Part shown: piece after piece, positions 7,190-16,439 of the stretch
Layout of the letters: the number at the start of each line of letters is the position of its first letter
How positions within the stretch are numbered: position 1 is the stretch's first letter
Position numbers and translations under genes: made by a program
Source: a bacterium
Lineage (GTDB): Bacteria > Zhuqueibacterota > Zhuqueibacteria > Oceanimicrobiales > Oceanimicrobiaceae
Direction of reading: 5' to 3'
Assembly: GCA_037446635.1 (NCBI GenBank)
Contig: JBBIIG010000069.1
Location: 1-19,936 of the forward strand
Length of the DNA stretch: 19,936 nt
Notes under the pieces: generated by a model
The model's input: the letters and a program-made list of their open reading frames with translations, nothing else
Told to the model about the DNA's origin: nothing
Database searches by the model: none

Positions 7190-8967
7190 TGCGAATGAGT
7201 ATTCGCTGGAAATGGCTTTTCACTCAGCTTGCCATCGGCGCTGCGGTGCTGCTCTTCATGATGGTTTATCTCCATAGCCGTTTGATGCGGGATTTTGAAA
7301 ACCGTTTCGAAAGCCGCTGGCGGCAAGATTTGAGTTTAGTTAAAAAATTTGTCCAATCCCAAAATATCACCCGTCTCACCCAAGCCGAAGCTGACCACCT
7401 CGCCGATGAAATGGGCGCGATTTTACAAGTGCGCGTCACGCTTATTGACTCGTTGGGATGGGTGATCGGCGATTCACACGTTGAGACGCGCGATTTGACC
7501 GCGGTTGAAAATCACAACGATCGCCCGGAAGTCCTCCAGGCGCGCGCTGGGGAGGTTGGCAAAAGTCGGCGGCTCAGCACCACTGTTAATGAGGAGTTGG
7601 TTTATTTTGCTGAACTCGTGGGAACCGTTGAATACCCGTGGGGCGTCGTTCGCATCGGCGTGCCGTTGGCAGAAGTTCGCGATGCGCGTGCACAAATCCA
7701 ACAGCTCATCTGGCTGGCAGCCGCGCTGGGTTTCGGGCTGGTTCTGATCATTGGGGTTTATGCCTCCCGCATCATGACCCGCAGGTTGGAAGAGATGACC
7801 GTTGCCGCAAAAAATTTTGTTTGTGGCGACATTCCACAAAAAATCACTCCCCAGGGCAACGACGAATTGACTGACCTCGCGTTCGCTCTGAATCAAATGA
7901 GCAAGGCCTGCAACAATTATTTATCCGAGATCACTCGCGAGCGCGATGAACTGCAGGCCATTTTGAACAGCATGGTGGAAGGAGTGATGGTGACGGATCT
8001 CTCCGGCCGTATCGTGTTAATTAATTATTCTCTGCAAAATATCTTCAAGCTCAAGCAACCCGTGGTGGAGAAGCTGGCGAGCGAGATCTTCCGCGACGCT
8101 CAACTGTTGACGGCTTTGGAACGGGCGCTGACCAAGAAAGAGAGCGTGGTGGAAAATATCGAGGTGATTAACCCCGGCCGCAAAAGCTTGGAAGTTCATA
8201 TCGGCATCTTGGGCACCAAAACACAGCCCACCGGCGCCGTGATGGTTTTTCACGACATCACCCGGCTTAAACAGTTGGAGAATATCCGCCGCGATTTTGT
8301 AGCGAACGTCTCCCACGAGCTGCGCTCACCGTTGACGGCCATCAAAGGTTACGTGGAAACTCTTTTGGAAAACAGCAAATTGCCGCCCGAGAAATCAGCG
8401 GAGTTTCTGCAGATCGTTTTGCGCCATGCCGACCGCATGTCCAAACTGGTGGACGATCTGCTGGTGCTTTCGAAATTAGAATCGCTGGAAAACGATGTTA
8501 GCGCGACGGAAATCAATTTGAGCGATTTGATTTTACGGGTGGTGGAGAATTTCAAAAACCTTCTTGAAAAAGAAAAAATCGAACTGCGTCTGAACGTCGC
8601 GGGCAATCTCTCCAGAATCCGCGGCGCGGTTTCCGAAATCGAAACCGTTATTGAAAACCTGGTTGACAACGCCATCAAATACGGCGCGCGCGGCAAATTT
8701 CTGGGGATTTCAGCTATAGAATTGAACGGTGAAATTCGGCTTGAAGTCGAAGACCGCGGCATGGGCATTCCCGTGGACGATCAGCCGCGCATTTTTGAGC
8801 GCTTTTATCGCGTGGACAAAGGTCGCTCGCGGGCTCTGGGCGGAACCGGGCTGGGTCTCTCTATTGTCAAACATATCGTGCAGCGCCACGGCGGCCGGGT
8901 GTGGGTGGAAAGCGAGTTGGGCAAGGGCGCCCGGTTCGTTGTTACGTTTCCCAAAATCCTCCCTTAG
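7189..8967 (+). CDS. phoR: Phosphate regulon sensor histidine kinase (2 TM, HAMP, PAS, HisKA, HATPase)
   Basis: ENHNDRPEV in the extracytoplasmic domain, RRDFVANVSHELRSPLT H-box, NLVDNAIKY, FERFYRVDKGRSR..GGTGLGL. Overlaps the phoB stop (TAATG). Confidence 0.9.
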   Translation: MRMSIRWKWLFTQLAIGAAVLLFMMVYLHSRLMRDFENRFESRWRQDLSLVKKFVQSQNITRLTQAEADHLADEMGAILQVRVTLIDSLGWVIGDSHVETRDLTAVENHNDRPEVLQARAGEVGKSRRLSTTVNEELVYFAELVGTVEYPWGVVRIGVPLAEVRDARAQIQQLIWLAAALGFGLVLIIGVYASRIMTRRLEEMTVAAKNFVCGDIPQKITPQGNDELTDLAFALNQMSKACNNYLSEITRERDELQAILNSMVEGVMVTDLSGRIVLINYSLQNIFKLKQPVVEKLASEIFRDAQLLTALERALTKKESVVENIEVINPGRKSLEVHIGILGTKTQPTGAVMVFHDITRLKQLENIRRDFVANVSHELRSPLTAIKGYVETLLENSKLPPEKSAEFLQIVLRHADRMSKLVDDLLVLSKLESLENDVSATEINLSDLILRVVENFKNLLEKEKIELRLNVAGNLSRIRGAVSEIETVIENLVDNAIKYGARGKFLGISAIELNGEIRLEVEDRGMGIPVDDQPRIFERFYRVDKGRSRALGGTGLGLSIVKHIVQRHGGRVWVESELGKGARFVVTFPKILP

Positions 8968-9000
8968 TACATCGTTTCAAAATTCCTTGTAGGGATGGCT

Positions 9001-9033
9001 GACCTCACCCTAACAAAAAGTCAGGATGGGGTC
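9001..9033. repeat. Imperfect hairpin, degenerate REP-like
   Basis: GACCTCACCCTAAC-AAAAA-GTCAGGATGGGGTC, preceded by GTAGGGATGG at 8989. Confidence 0.45.
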
Positions 9034-9085
9034 TGCTTTTGGGAAGATGCCGATCCAAACCATACAAATATTTCTGAAATGGAGT

Positions 9086-9111
9086 TAGGGGCAATTCATG
9101 AATTGCCCTAC
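9086..9111. repeat. GTAG-type REP palindrome
   Basis: TAGGGGCAATTCATGAATTGCCCTAC, a near-perfect palindrome. Confidence 0.8.
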
Positions 9112-9170
9112 CATTGGAATCAAAACGGATTCCAAAACCATCGCAACACAGCCGGGATTTAGTTTCTGAA

Positions 9171-9203
9171 ATTCAACCTGTTCTTAACACGAATGTAACA
9201 CGG
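9171..9203 (+). promoter_or_regulatory. Pho box array upstream of pstS
   Basis: TCAACCTG (9173), TTAACACG (9184) and GTAACACG (9195) at exact 11-bp pitch. Confidence 0.75.
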
Positions 9204-9244
9204 GAATGTTATGTTCCTTAACAAAACTTAATTGGAGGTTATCT

Positions 9245-10252
9245 ATGTTACGGAACAAACTTTTGAAATGGATGGGATGGTCTCTGGCAACCATGTTTGT
9301 ATTTTATCTTTCCGCTGGTAGCAGTGTGGCGCAGGAAAAAGTTCAGGTGGATCCCAAAATTCCCGGTTACAAAAAAGTCAGCGGTATTTCCGGCAATTTG
9401 AACAGCATCGGCTCGGACACGATGAACAATCTGATGACGCTGTGGAGCGAGGGCTTCAAAAAATTCTATCCCAACGTCAATTTGCAAGTGGAAGGCAAAG
9501 GCTCCAGCACCGCGCCACCGGCGCTAATTGCCGGCACGGCGCAGTTCGGCCCCATGTCTCGCAAAATGAAGCAACAGGAAATGGATGAATTCGAGAAAGC
9601 TTTTGGCTATAAACCCACCGAGATGCGCACCGCGCTGGATGCGTTGGCGGTATATGTCAACAAAGACAACCCCATCACCGGACTGACCGTGCCGCAGGTG
9701 GACGCCATCTTCTCTAAAACCCGCGCTGGCGGCTACAAAACCGATATTACTACCTGGGGCGGTGTGGGTTTGACCGGCGAATGGGCGAATAAGCCCATCA
9801 GCCTCTACGGCCGCAACTCCGCCTCCGGCACCTACGGCTACTTCAAAGAACACGCGCTTTACAAAGGCGATTACAAAGACACCGTGAAAGAGCAGCCGGG
9901 CTCGGCCTCCGTGGTGCAGGGCGTTACCGAAGATCGTTATGCGATTGGCTACAGCGGCATCGGGTACATCACCTCCGGTGTGAAAGCCGTTCCGCTGGCC
10001 AAGAATGCCCAGGATACCTTTCACTCCGCGGATATGGAAAACGTGATATCCGGAAAATACCCGCTGGCGCGCTTCCTCTATGTTTACATCAACAAGCAGC
10101 CCGGCAAAGAGATGGATCCGCTGGTGCGCGAATTTCTGAAATTCGTGTTCAGCAAAGAGGGGCAGGAAGTGGTGATTAAAGACGGCTACCTGCCGCTGCC
10201 GTACAAAATCGTGCAGGAAGAATTGGCGAAACTTGAGGCCGGCACCAACTGA
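9245..10252 (+). CDS. pstS: Phosphate ABC transporter substrate-binding protein
   Basis: GSDTM...GKGSSTAPPAL...MSR, YGRNSASGTYGYF and YPLARFLYVY motifs, plus a signal peptide. Start moved to ATG 9245 because GGAGG lies at 9234-9238. Confidence 0.95.
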   Translation: MLRNKLLKWMGWSLATMFVFYLSAGSSVAQEKVQVDPKIPGYKKVSGISGNLNSIGSDTMNNLMTLWSEGFKKFYPNVNLQVEGKGSSTAPPALIAGTAQFGPMSRKMKQQEMDEFEKAFGYKPTEMRTALDALAVYVNKDNPITGLTVPQVDAIFSKTRAGGYKTDITTWGGVGLTGEWANKPISLYGRNSASGTYGYFKEHALYKGDYKDTVKEQPGSASVVQGVTEDRYAIGYSGIGYITSGVKAVPLAKNAQDTFHSADMENVISGKYPLARFLYVYINKQPGKEMDPLVREFLKFVFSKEGQEVVIKDGYLPLPYKIVQEELAKLEAGTN

Positions 10253-10254
10253 CT

Positions 10255-10341
10255 TGGAGTTGGAGTATTGGAGTGATGGATTAATGGATTAATGGTTTGT
10301 TTGTAACGCAAACATCCAGTACTCCATCACTCCATTTCTCC
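10255..10341. repeat. Inverted pair of octamer tandem arrays forming a long hairpin
   Basis: Left arm TGGAGTAT TGGAGTGA TGGATTAA TGGATTAA TGG. Right arm TCCAGTACTCCATCACTCCATTTCTCC, which is reverse-complement units. Inner hairpin TGTTTG-TAACG-CAAACA. Confidence 0.85.
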
Positions 10342-10376
10342 TTTTGATTCGCCCGCTATTTTAACGAATATAGATC

Positions 10377-12668
10377 ATGCTGGTTGAAACCAAAGAACGT
10401 AAACTGTCGAGCCGCCGGGAGCAATCCCGGCTGCGGCTGAAAACGCGCCGCTTGCTGGACCGCTGGGCGCGGGGAGTGATCGCCGCCGGCGGATTCGCGG
10501 TCATCGCCAGTATTCTGGCGATTTTAATTTTTATTTTGATAGAAATCTGGCCGCTCTTCGAATCTGCCAAAGTCCGTTTGAAGCAATCCTTCCCGGTTGC
10601 CGAGTTGTTTGAGGACTGGCCTGCGCTCCAAAGCCAGCCAGTGGCCGTTGGCTTGGATGAAAATATGGAAATCGGTTACGTGATTTTGGACAACGGCGTT
10701 GTGCAATTTTTTATGCTTGAAAACCAGCAGCCGCGGGAGCGCGTTCAACTACAAAATATTGAAGGGGAGCGAATCACCGCGGTGTGGCAATCGCTCAATG
10801 GTACGCGATTACTTGTTGGCACCGACGCTGGCAACGCTGTCGCAATTTTGGTGCGTTTCAATTCAAAATTCTTTGAAGGCGGGCGCACCTATCAACCCGA
10901 GATCCTCGAAAGCGCGGTTTTTGAAATCGACCCGCAGAACAAGCCGATCGTCGCCCTGTCATTTGCCGGAGATGTAGAGGGGCAAATGGCGGTGGCAGCC
11001 ATCACGACCGATGAGCGCGTCGTGCTCTTTTCTCAAAATAAAGAAGAATCGCTTTTTGGCGACGCTCAAGTAACCACAGCGCAGTATGAGTTGGCTCGTA
11101 AGTGGACAACACATCCGCTGTCGATTGCGGTGGACGACGCCCAGCGCAACCTCTATGTGGGCGTCGCTGGCGGACGAATCTATCACTGGAATCTTTTCCC
11201 GGATCGCCAGCCCGAATTCCTCACCGTCGCGCGCGTCAACGAGAACAATCACGGCGTCAGCCAATTGCAATTTTTGATTGGCCACCGCACCCTGCTGGTG
11301 GGCGATAGCAGCGGCGAGCTCAGCGCCTGGTTTCTGGTGCGCGACAGCACATCGGTTTCCGGCTGGCGTATGACCCGCATTCACGAACTGAAGTCAAACC
11401 CAGCGGGAATCACTGCTCTTGCGGCATCGGCGCGCGGAAAAGGTTTCATCGCCGGCGATCGTCAGGGAAATCTCACGCTGCAATACACCACCTCGGAGCG
11501 GGTGCTGGCCGATTTTCAATGCGCGAACGGCGCCGCCATCACTTACGTTCATTTCGCGCCCAAAGCCACCGGCGCCTTGACGCTGGACGCCGCGGGAACC
11601 CTCTCGTTCTGGGAAATTAACAATCCCCATCCGGAGGCAAGCGTCAAAGCTTTTTTTGGAAAAATCTGGTACGAAGGTTACGAGCGGCCGGAGTACGTCT
11701 GGCAGTCCACGGGTGGCACCGATGATTTTGAGCCGAAACTGAGCCTGGTGCCGCTAATCTTCGGCAGCTTGAAGGGCACATTCTACGCGTTGATCATCGC
11801 GATCCCATTGGCAATTTTAGGCGCTATTTACACTTCGCAGTTCATGCATCCGAGTCTGCGCAATTACATTAAGCCGACGGTGGAAATTATGGCGGCGCTG
11901 CCGAGTGTGGTGCTGGGATTTTTGGCGGGACTCTGGCTGGCGCCTCTCATCGAAGGTTATGTGCCGGCGGTTTTACTCATGCTGGCCGCCATTCCGCCGC
12001 TGATCATCTTTTGTGCATTTGCCTGGCGAAAGCTGCCGCAGCGCGTCCGCTCGCGCCTGCATTCCGGCACAGAAAGTCTTGCGCTTATTCCCATCATCAT
12101 TTTGGGGATTGGGTTGTGTATCAAATTAAATGGCGCGGTCGAGGCGCTGCTTTTCGCGGGCAATTTCAAACACTGGGTTTTCAACGCGCTCGACCTTTCC
12201 TTCGATCAGCGCAATGCATTGGTGGTCGGTTTTGCGATGGGCTTTGCCGTGATTCCGATCATCTACACCATTTCCGAAGACGCGCTTTCGAACGTTCCGA
12301 AGACGCTGGTCTCCGGCTCCCTGGCATTAGGCGCGACACCCTGGCAGACCGCCGTGCGAGTGGTGCTGCCCACCGCGGCGGCGGGAATTTTTTCCGCGAT
12401 CATGATCGGCTTTGGCCGTGCCGTGGGTGAAACCATGATCGTGCTCATGGCCACCGGCAACACCCCAATCATGGATTGGAACATCTTCAGCGGCTTTCGC
12501 ACGCTCTCGGCGAATATCGCGGTGGAGATACCGGAAGCGCCAGTCGGCGGCACCCTTTACCGGGTGCTGTTCATGGCGGCGTTCCTGCTGTTCCTCATCA
12601 CCTTTTTGGTGAACACGCTGGCAGAGTTGGTTCGACAAAAATTAAGAGAGAAATATCAGAAACTTTAA
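10377..12668 (+). CDS. pstC: Phosphate ABC transporter permease PstC with large periplasmic beta-propeller-like domain
   Basis: KIWYEGY...WQS...EPKLSLVPLIFG, KPTVEIMAALPSVV, SLALGATPWQT and GRAVGETMIVLMATGN motifs. About 350 aa beta-rich insert after TM1. Confidence 0.92.
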   Translation: MLVETKERKLSSRREQSRLRLKTRRLLDRWARGVIAAGGFAVIASILAILIFILIEIWPLFESAKVRLKQSFPVAELFEDWPALQSQPVAVGLDENMEIGYVILDNGVVQFFMLENQQPRERVQLQNIEGERITAVWQSLNGTRLLVGTDAGNAVAILVRFNSKFFEGGRTYQPEILESAVFEIDPQNKPIVALSFAGDVEGQMAVAAITTDERVVLFSQNKEESLFGDAQVTTAQYELARKWTTHPLSIAVDDAQRNLYVGVAGGRIYHWNLFPDRQPEFLTVARVNENNHGVSQLQFLIGHRTLLVGDSSGELSAWFLVRDSTSVSGWRMTRIHELKSNPAGITALAASARGKGFIAGDRQGNLTLQYTTSERVLADFQCANGAAITYVHFAPKATGALTLDAAGTLSFWEINNPHPEASVKAFFGKIWYEGYERPEYVWQSTGGTDDFEPKLSLVPLIFGSLKGTFYALIIAIPLAILGAIYTSQFMHPSLRNYIKPTVEIMAALPSVVLGFLAGLWLAPLIEGYVPAVLLMLAAIPPLIIFCAFAWRKLPQRVRSRLHSGTESLALIPIIILGIGLCIKLNGAVEALLFAGNFKHWVFNALDLSFDQRNALVVGFAMGFAVIPIIYTISEDALSNVPKTLVSGSLALGATPWQTAVRVVLPTAAAGIFSAIMIGFGRAVGETMIVLMATGNTPIMDWNIFSGFRTLSANIAVEIPEAPVGGTLYRVLFMAAFLLFLITFLVNTLAELVRQKLREKYQKL

Positions 12669-12699
12669 CTTTGCGTGCGGTGCCAAAAAAGTAGCGAGG

Positions 12700-12783
12700 C
12701 TGTCATTCCCGCATGTTTTTGGCGGGAATCTTCTCCCGAGACGTCGGGACTGGATGCCCGATAAAGGCATTCGGGCATGACAG
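12700..12783. repeat. TGTC/CGTC-type REP doublet with nested mini-hairpin
   Basis: CTGTCATTCCCGC-ATGTTTTTG-GCGGGAATC ... GGATGCCCGA-TAAAGGCAT-TCGGGCATGACAG. Termini CTGTCAT/ATGACAG are inverted. The spacer holds TCCCGA-GACG-TCGGGA. Confidence 0.85.
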
Positions 12784-12844
12784 AGAAACCGGTCTTTTGG
12801 ACGACTACCCAAATCAGATTGCATGTTGAATTGATGAATTGCCT

Positions 12845-14470
12845 ATGAAAAAATTCTGGAAAAGCGGCGACCCCTTTGTCTGGCTCACCGCCGGCGCGCT
12901 GGCGGCAAGCCTGTTGATGATCTTTGGCCTGGTTTTACTCATTCTATTTAATGGACTCGGCCAATTCTGGCCGGACAACCTTTCGGAATTGAGTTTGAAA
13001 GATGGCCAAAAGTTGTTGGGCGAAATCTGGGAGCGCGAAGCCATCCCGCAGCACGACGCAGTGGAAGACGAAGAAGCCTATCGCATCCGCATGAAAATTG
13101 GCAACCGTGATCTTTACGCCCTCGATTTTCGTTGGGTGGAGGAATCCGACATCGTGCGCCGCGAGCAGCCGGCAAACGCGCTGGCGCTCGAGCGCATCGA
13201 GTGGGGAAATTTTTACGGTTATTTCAAAGCCCTGAAGTCGAACGGGGAGATCACCGACAGCACGTTATTTGGCGCCTGGCCCCAAATTCAAACCCTTCTG
13301 GGAAACATGCACGATCTGCGTGACCAGATTCGAGAAATCGAGAAAGATGAGATTGGCGCGATCAATTACAAGCTCGAAAGGCATCGCCTCAGTATTCGCA
13401 AAATCGAATTACGAGGAAAAACGGAAGAGTCGCGGGCTCGAATCGCGAAATTGCAAAACGAGATTCAAAAACTCGAAGAAGAATATGCGAAAAAAGAAAA
13501 GCAGCTCGAGTCGCTCTATGAAAAAACCAGGCAACATTATTTGACCGTAACTACTGCCGATGGCCGCGAAAAGGATATTAAACTTTATGATGTGGTGCGA
13601 GTTTACCAACCCAACCGCATGAACGTGTTCAGCAAGTCCGGTTTTTATGCCAGCAAAGTTTGGGAGTTTGTTGCCGGCGAACCCCGCGAGTCCAACACCG
13701 AGGGCGGAATTTTCCCAGCGATTTTCGGCACGGTGATGATGGTGATGATCATGAGCGTGGCGGTGGTGCCGTTCGGGGTGCTGGCCGCGGTTTATTTGCG
13801 CGAGTACGCCAGACAGGGATTTTGGGTGCGGATGGTGCGCATCGCTGTTAATAATCTCGCCGGCGTTCCTTCAATTGTTTACGGCGTGTTCGGCCTGGGA
13901 TTTTTCATTTACGCCATTGGTGGCACCATCGATCAGCTGTTTTACCCCGAAGCGCTGCCTACGCCCACGTTCGGCACCGGCGGCATTCTGTGGGCCTCGT
14001 TGACGCTGGCGCTGCTGACGGTGCCGGTGGTGATCGTCGCGACTGAGGAAGGGTTGGCTGCTGTGCCGCGCGAGATCCGCGAAGGCTCGCTGGCGTTGGC
14101 TGCTACCAAATTTGAGACGCTCTGGCGCATCGTGGTGCCCTCGGCCATGCCGGGAATTTTGACCGGGATGATTTTGGCGGTGGCGCGCGCTGCGGGCGAG
14201 GTGGCGCCGCTGATGATCACCGGCGTGGTGAAACTCGCGCCGACGCTGCCATTGGATGGCTACTTCCCGTTTTTGCATCTCGAGCGCAAGTTCATGCACC
14301 TCGGGTTTCATATTTACGATGTGGGATTTCAATCGCCGAACGTAGAAGCTGCGATTCCGATGGTTTATTCCACCACGCTGCTGTTGTTGATGATAGTGAT
14401 TTTGTTGAACATCGTTGCCATTTTTATCCGCAATCGCCTGCGGAGAAAATTGGCGTATGGGGTGTTTTAA
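12845..14470 (+). CDS. pstA: Phosphate ABC transporter permease PstA with periplasmic coiled-coil domain
   Basis: PRESNTEGGIFPAIFGT, NNLAGVPSIVYGVFG and ARAAGEVAPL motifs. ATG 12845 preferred over TTG 12839. Confidence 0.92.
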   Translation: MKKFWKSGDPFVWLTAGALAASLLMIFGLVLLILFNGLGQFWPDNLSELSLKDGQKLLGEIWEREAIPQHDAVEDEEAYRIRMKIGNRDLYALDFRWVEESDIVRREQPANALALERIEWGNFYGYFKALKSNGEITDSTLFGAWPQIQTLLGNMHDLRDQIREIEKDEIGAINYKLERHRLSIRKIELRGKTEESRARIAKLQNEIQKLEEEYAKKEKQLESLYEKTRQHYLTVTTADGREKDIKLYDVVRVYQPNRMNVFSKSGFYASKVWEFVAGEPRESNTEGGIFPAIFGTVMMVMIMSVAVVPFGVLAAVYLREYARQGFWVRMVRIAVNNLAGVPSIVYGVFGLGFFIYAIGGTIDQLFYPEALPTPTFGTGGILWASLTLALLTVPVVIVATEEGLAAVPREIREGSLALAATKFETLWRIVVPSAMPGILTGMILAVARAAGEVAPLMITGVVKLAPTLPLDGYFPFLHLERKFMHLGFHIYDVGFQSPNVEAAIPMVYSTTLLLLMIVILLNIVAIFIRNRLRRKLAYGVF

Positions 14471-14532
14471 ACGCGGAGTCGTGCGGGAAAGCCGCATTCC
14501 GGCGCAGCAGTAACGATGAGCGCAATGGAAGT

Positions 14533-14592
14533 CCACGGATTTCAAATATTCTTTTATAGGTGTTGATCAGTAAAATCCGTTTCATTCGTGTG
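14533..14592. repeat. Degenerate inverted 9-mer repeat element
   Basis: Left CCACGGATT(TCAAATATT). Right ATCAGTAAA ATCCGTTTC ATTCGTGTG at 9-nt pitch (14566, 14575, 14584). Confidence 0.55.
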
Positions 14593-14656
14593 CTAATAAT
14601 ATTTCTCAAGTCGAATTGAATGCAATTGCTAAAAAAATTCCGGAGTGTATGATCTC

Positions 14657-15514
14657 ATGAAAAACGATTTGATAGATGAGGTGAATTTGAAGGAGAGCGA
14701 GAAATCCCTCACGGCCAAGGTTGTGGAGCGCAGCAATCACAAATCGCATTTCGATGCGCAGCAGCCTGCGGTAAAAGTGCAGAACCTCTTTTTCAGTTAT
14801 GGGCAAAACTGGGCTTTGAAGGATATTAGCCTCGAAATCGCCAACAACAAAGTGACGGCGTTCATTGGACCATCGGGCTGCGGCAAAAGCACGCTTCTGC
14901 GCTGCCTCAACCGCCTGAATGACCTCATCGATGGCGCGAGAATGGAAGGCAAAATTTTTATTCACGGCACCGACATTTACGATCTTAACCTCGACGTTAA
15001 CGAGCTTCGCAAACGGGTTGGCATGGTATTTCAAAAATCTAATCCATTTCCGAAGTCAATTTATGAGAACGTAGCGTACGGTCCCCGCATCAGTGGCATC
15101 AAAAATAAACAAATGCTCGATGAAATTGTAGAGAAGAGTCTTAAGGGCGCCGCGTTATGGGAGGAAGTGAAGGATCGATTGCACGAAACCGCGCTTGGTC
15201 TTTCCGGCGGCCAGCAGCAGCGGCTGTGCATCGCGCGGGCCATTGCTGTGGAGCCGGAAATTGTATTGATGGATGAACCGTGCTCGGCGCTCGATCCCAT
15301 CGCCACCGCCAAGATCGAAGAGCTGATTTTAGAATTGAAAAAAGATTACACGATTGTGATCGTCACCCATAACATGCAGCAGGCAGCGCGCATTTCGGAT
15401 TACACAGCTTACCTCTGGCTCGGTCAACTCATCGAATACGACGTTACCGATAAAATCTTCACTAACCCCAAAGAAAAGTTGACGGAAGACTACATTACCG
15501 GAAGATTTGGTTGA
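14657..15514 (+). CDS. pstB: Phosphate ABC transporter ATP-binding protein
   Basis: [47 protein letters not shown] and DYITGRFG motifs. Start uncertain (GTG 14645 or ATG 14657). Confidence 0.96.
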   Translation: MKNDLIDEVNLKESEKSLTAKVVERSNHKSHFDAQQPAVKVQNLFFSYGQNWALKDISLEIANNKVTAFIGPSGCGKSTLLRCLNRLNDLIDGARMEGKIFIHGTDIYDLNLDVNELRKRVGMVFQKSNPFPKSIYENVAYGPRISGIKNKQMLDEIVEKSLKGAALWEEVKDRLHETALGLSGGQQQRLCIARAIAVEPEIVLMDEPCSALDPIATAKIEELILELKKDYTIVIVTHNMQQAARISDYTAYLWLGQLIEYDVTDKIFTNPKEKLTEDYITGRFG

Positions 15515-15554
15515 CAAATACCCAGAATTTTCTAAGTTACAAAAGCACGTATTC

Positions 15555-15574
15555 AACCACGAAGTACACGAAGT
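15555..15574. repeat. 9-mer tandem repeat (left-arm type)
   Basis: AAC-CACGAAGTA-CACGAAGT, related in reverse complement to the ATTCGTG units at 14584. Confidence 0.5.
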
Positions 15575-15600
15575 TTAAAAATCCAATTTACAAGGTCCCA

Positions 15601-15633
15601 TGTAGGGAACGCATACGGTATGCGTTCCCTACA
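15601..15633. repeat. GTAG-type REP, perfect palindrome
   Basis: TGTAGGGAACGCATAC-G-GTATGCGTTCCCTACA (16-bp perfect arms). Confidence 0.9.
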
Positions 15634-15707
15634 CTGACTGACGAATGAACTGAGAGTGGATCAAATAAAGCAAGTGATATTGAAAGTTTGTAGATAGAGG
15701 AAAAAGA

Positions 15708-16385
15708 ATGGAACGTCATTTTGAAACCGAGATCAGAAATCTCAAACAGGATTTGATTAAAATGGCTGGCTTGGTGGAAGCCGCCATCGATAAAGCGATT
15801 CTGGCATTGAAAGAACGGGACGACGCCCTGGCGTTTGAGGTGATCGCCAACGATCATCAAATCAACCAGCTTGAAATTTCTGTTGAGCAGCAATGCCGCA
15901 CGTTGTTGGCGCGTCACCAGCCGGTGGCGATGGATTTGAGGTTCATTATTTCCTGCGTGAAGATCAACAACGATCTCGAGCGCATGGGCGATCACGCGGT
16001 GAACATCGCGCAGAAAGCACAGGTCCTGAGCAAAACGCCGCCGGTGAAGCCGCTCATCGATATCCCCTACATGGCGGGCCTGGTGCAAAACATGGTCAAA
16101 GATTCTTTGGATGCGTTCGTGCAGGGCGACGTGGCCAAAGCCCAGGGGGTCTGCGAGCAGGACGACGTCATCGACGGACTCGAAGACCAGATCAACCGCG
16201 AGCTGCTGACCTACATGATGGAGGACGTCAAAAATATTTCGCCGTGCCTGTCGCTGGCGCTGATTGCAAAAAACTTGGAGCGCATCGCCGACCTGTCCAC
16301 CAACATCGGGGAAGAAGTGATTTACATGATTGAAGCCAAAACCATCAAGCATCACTTCGAGGACGTTCACGTTAAGAGCCATTAG
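15708..16385 (+). CDS. phoU: Phosphate signalling protein PhoU
   Basis: QPVAMDLRFI, DLERMGDHAVNIA and NLERIADLSTNIGEEV tandem PhoU repeats. GAGG RBS. Confidence 0.96.
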   Translation: MERHFETEIRNLKQDLIKMAGLVEAAIDKAILALKERDDALAFEVIANDHQINQLEISVEQQCRTLLARHQPVAMDLRFIISCVKINNDLERMGDHAVNIAQKAQVLSKTPPVKPLIDIPYMAGLVQNMVKDSLDAFVQGDVAKAQGVCEQDDVIDGLEDQINRELLTYMMEDVKNISPCLSLALIAKNLERIADLSTNIGEEVIYMIEAKTIKHHFEDVHVKSH

Positions 16386-16403
16386 TTCGCGCCATAAAAA
16401 TTC

Positions 16404-16432
16404 TTGCTTTTTAGTTGCTGAATTGATATATT
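16404..16432 (+). promoter_or_regulatory. Sigma70-type promoter
   Basis: TTGCTT-17 nt-TATATT with an A-rich tract just upstream. Confidence 0.65.
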
Positions 16433-16439
16433 CGCCCAT

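Noticed and set aside
9206..9244. Longer pstS start at ATG 9206
   Set aside because: It lies in the Pho box/promoter region, and the GGAGG RBS supports ATG 9245.
15511..15538. TTGACA-16-TAAGTT internal promoter for phoU
   Set aside because: The -35 overlaps the pstB stop codon and the -10 is weak, so it may be chance.
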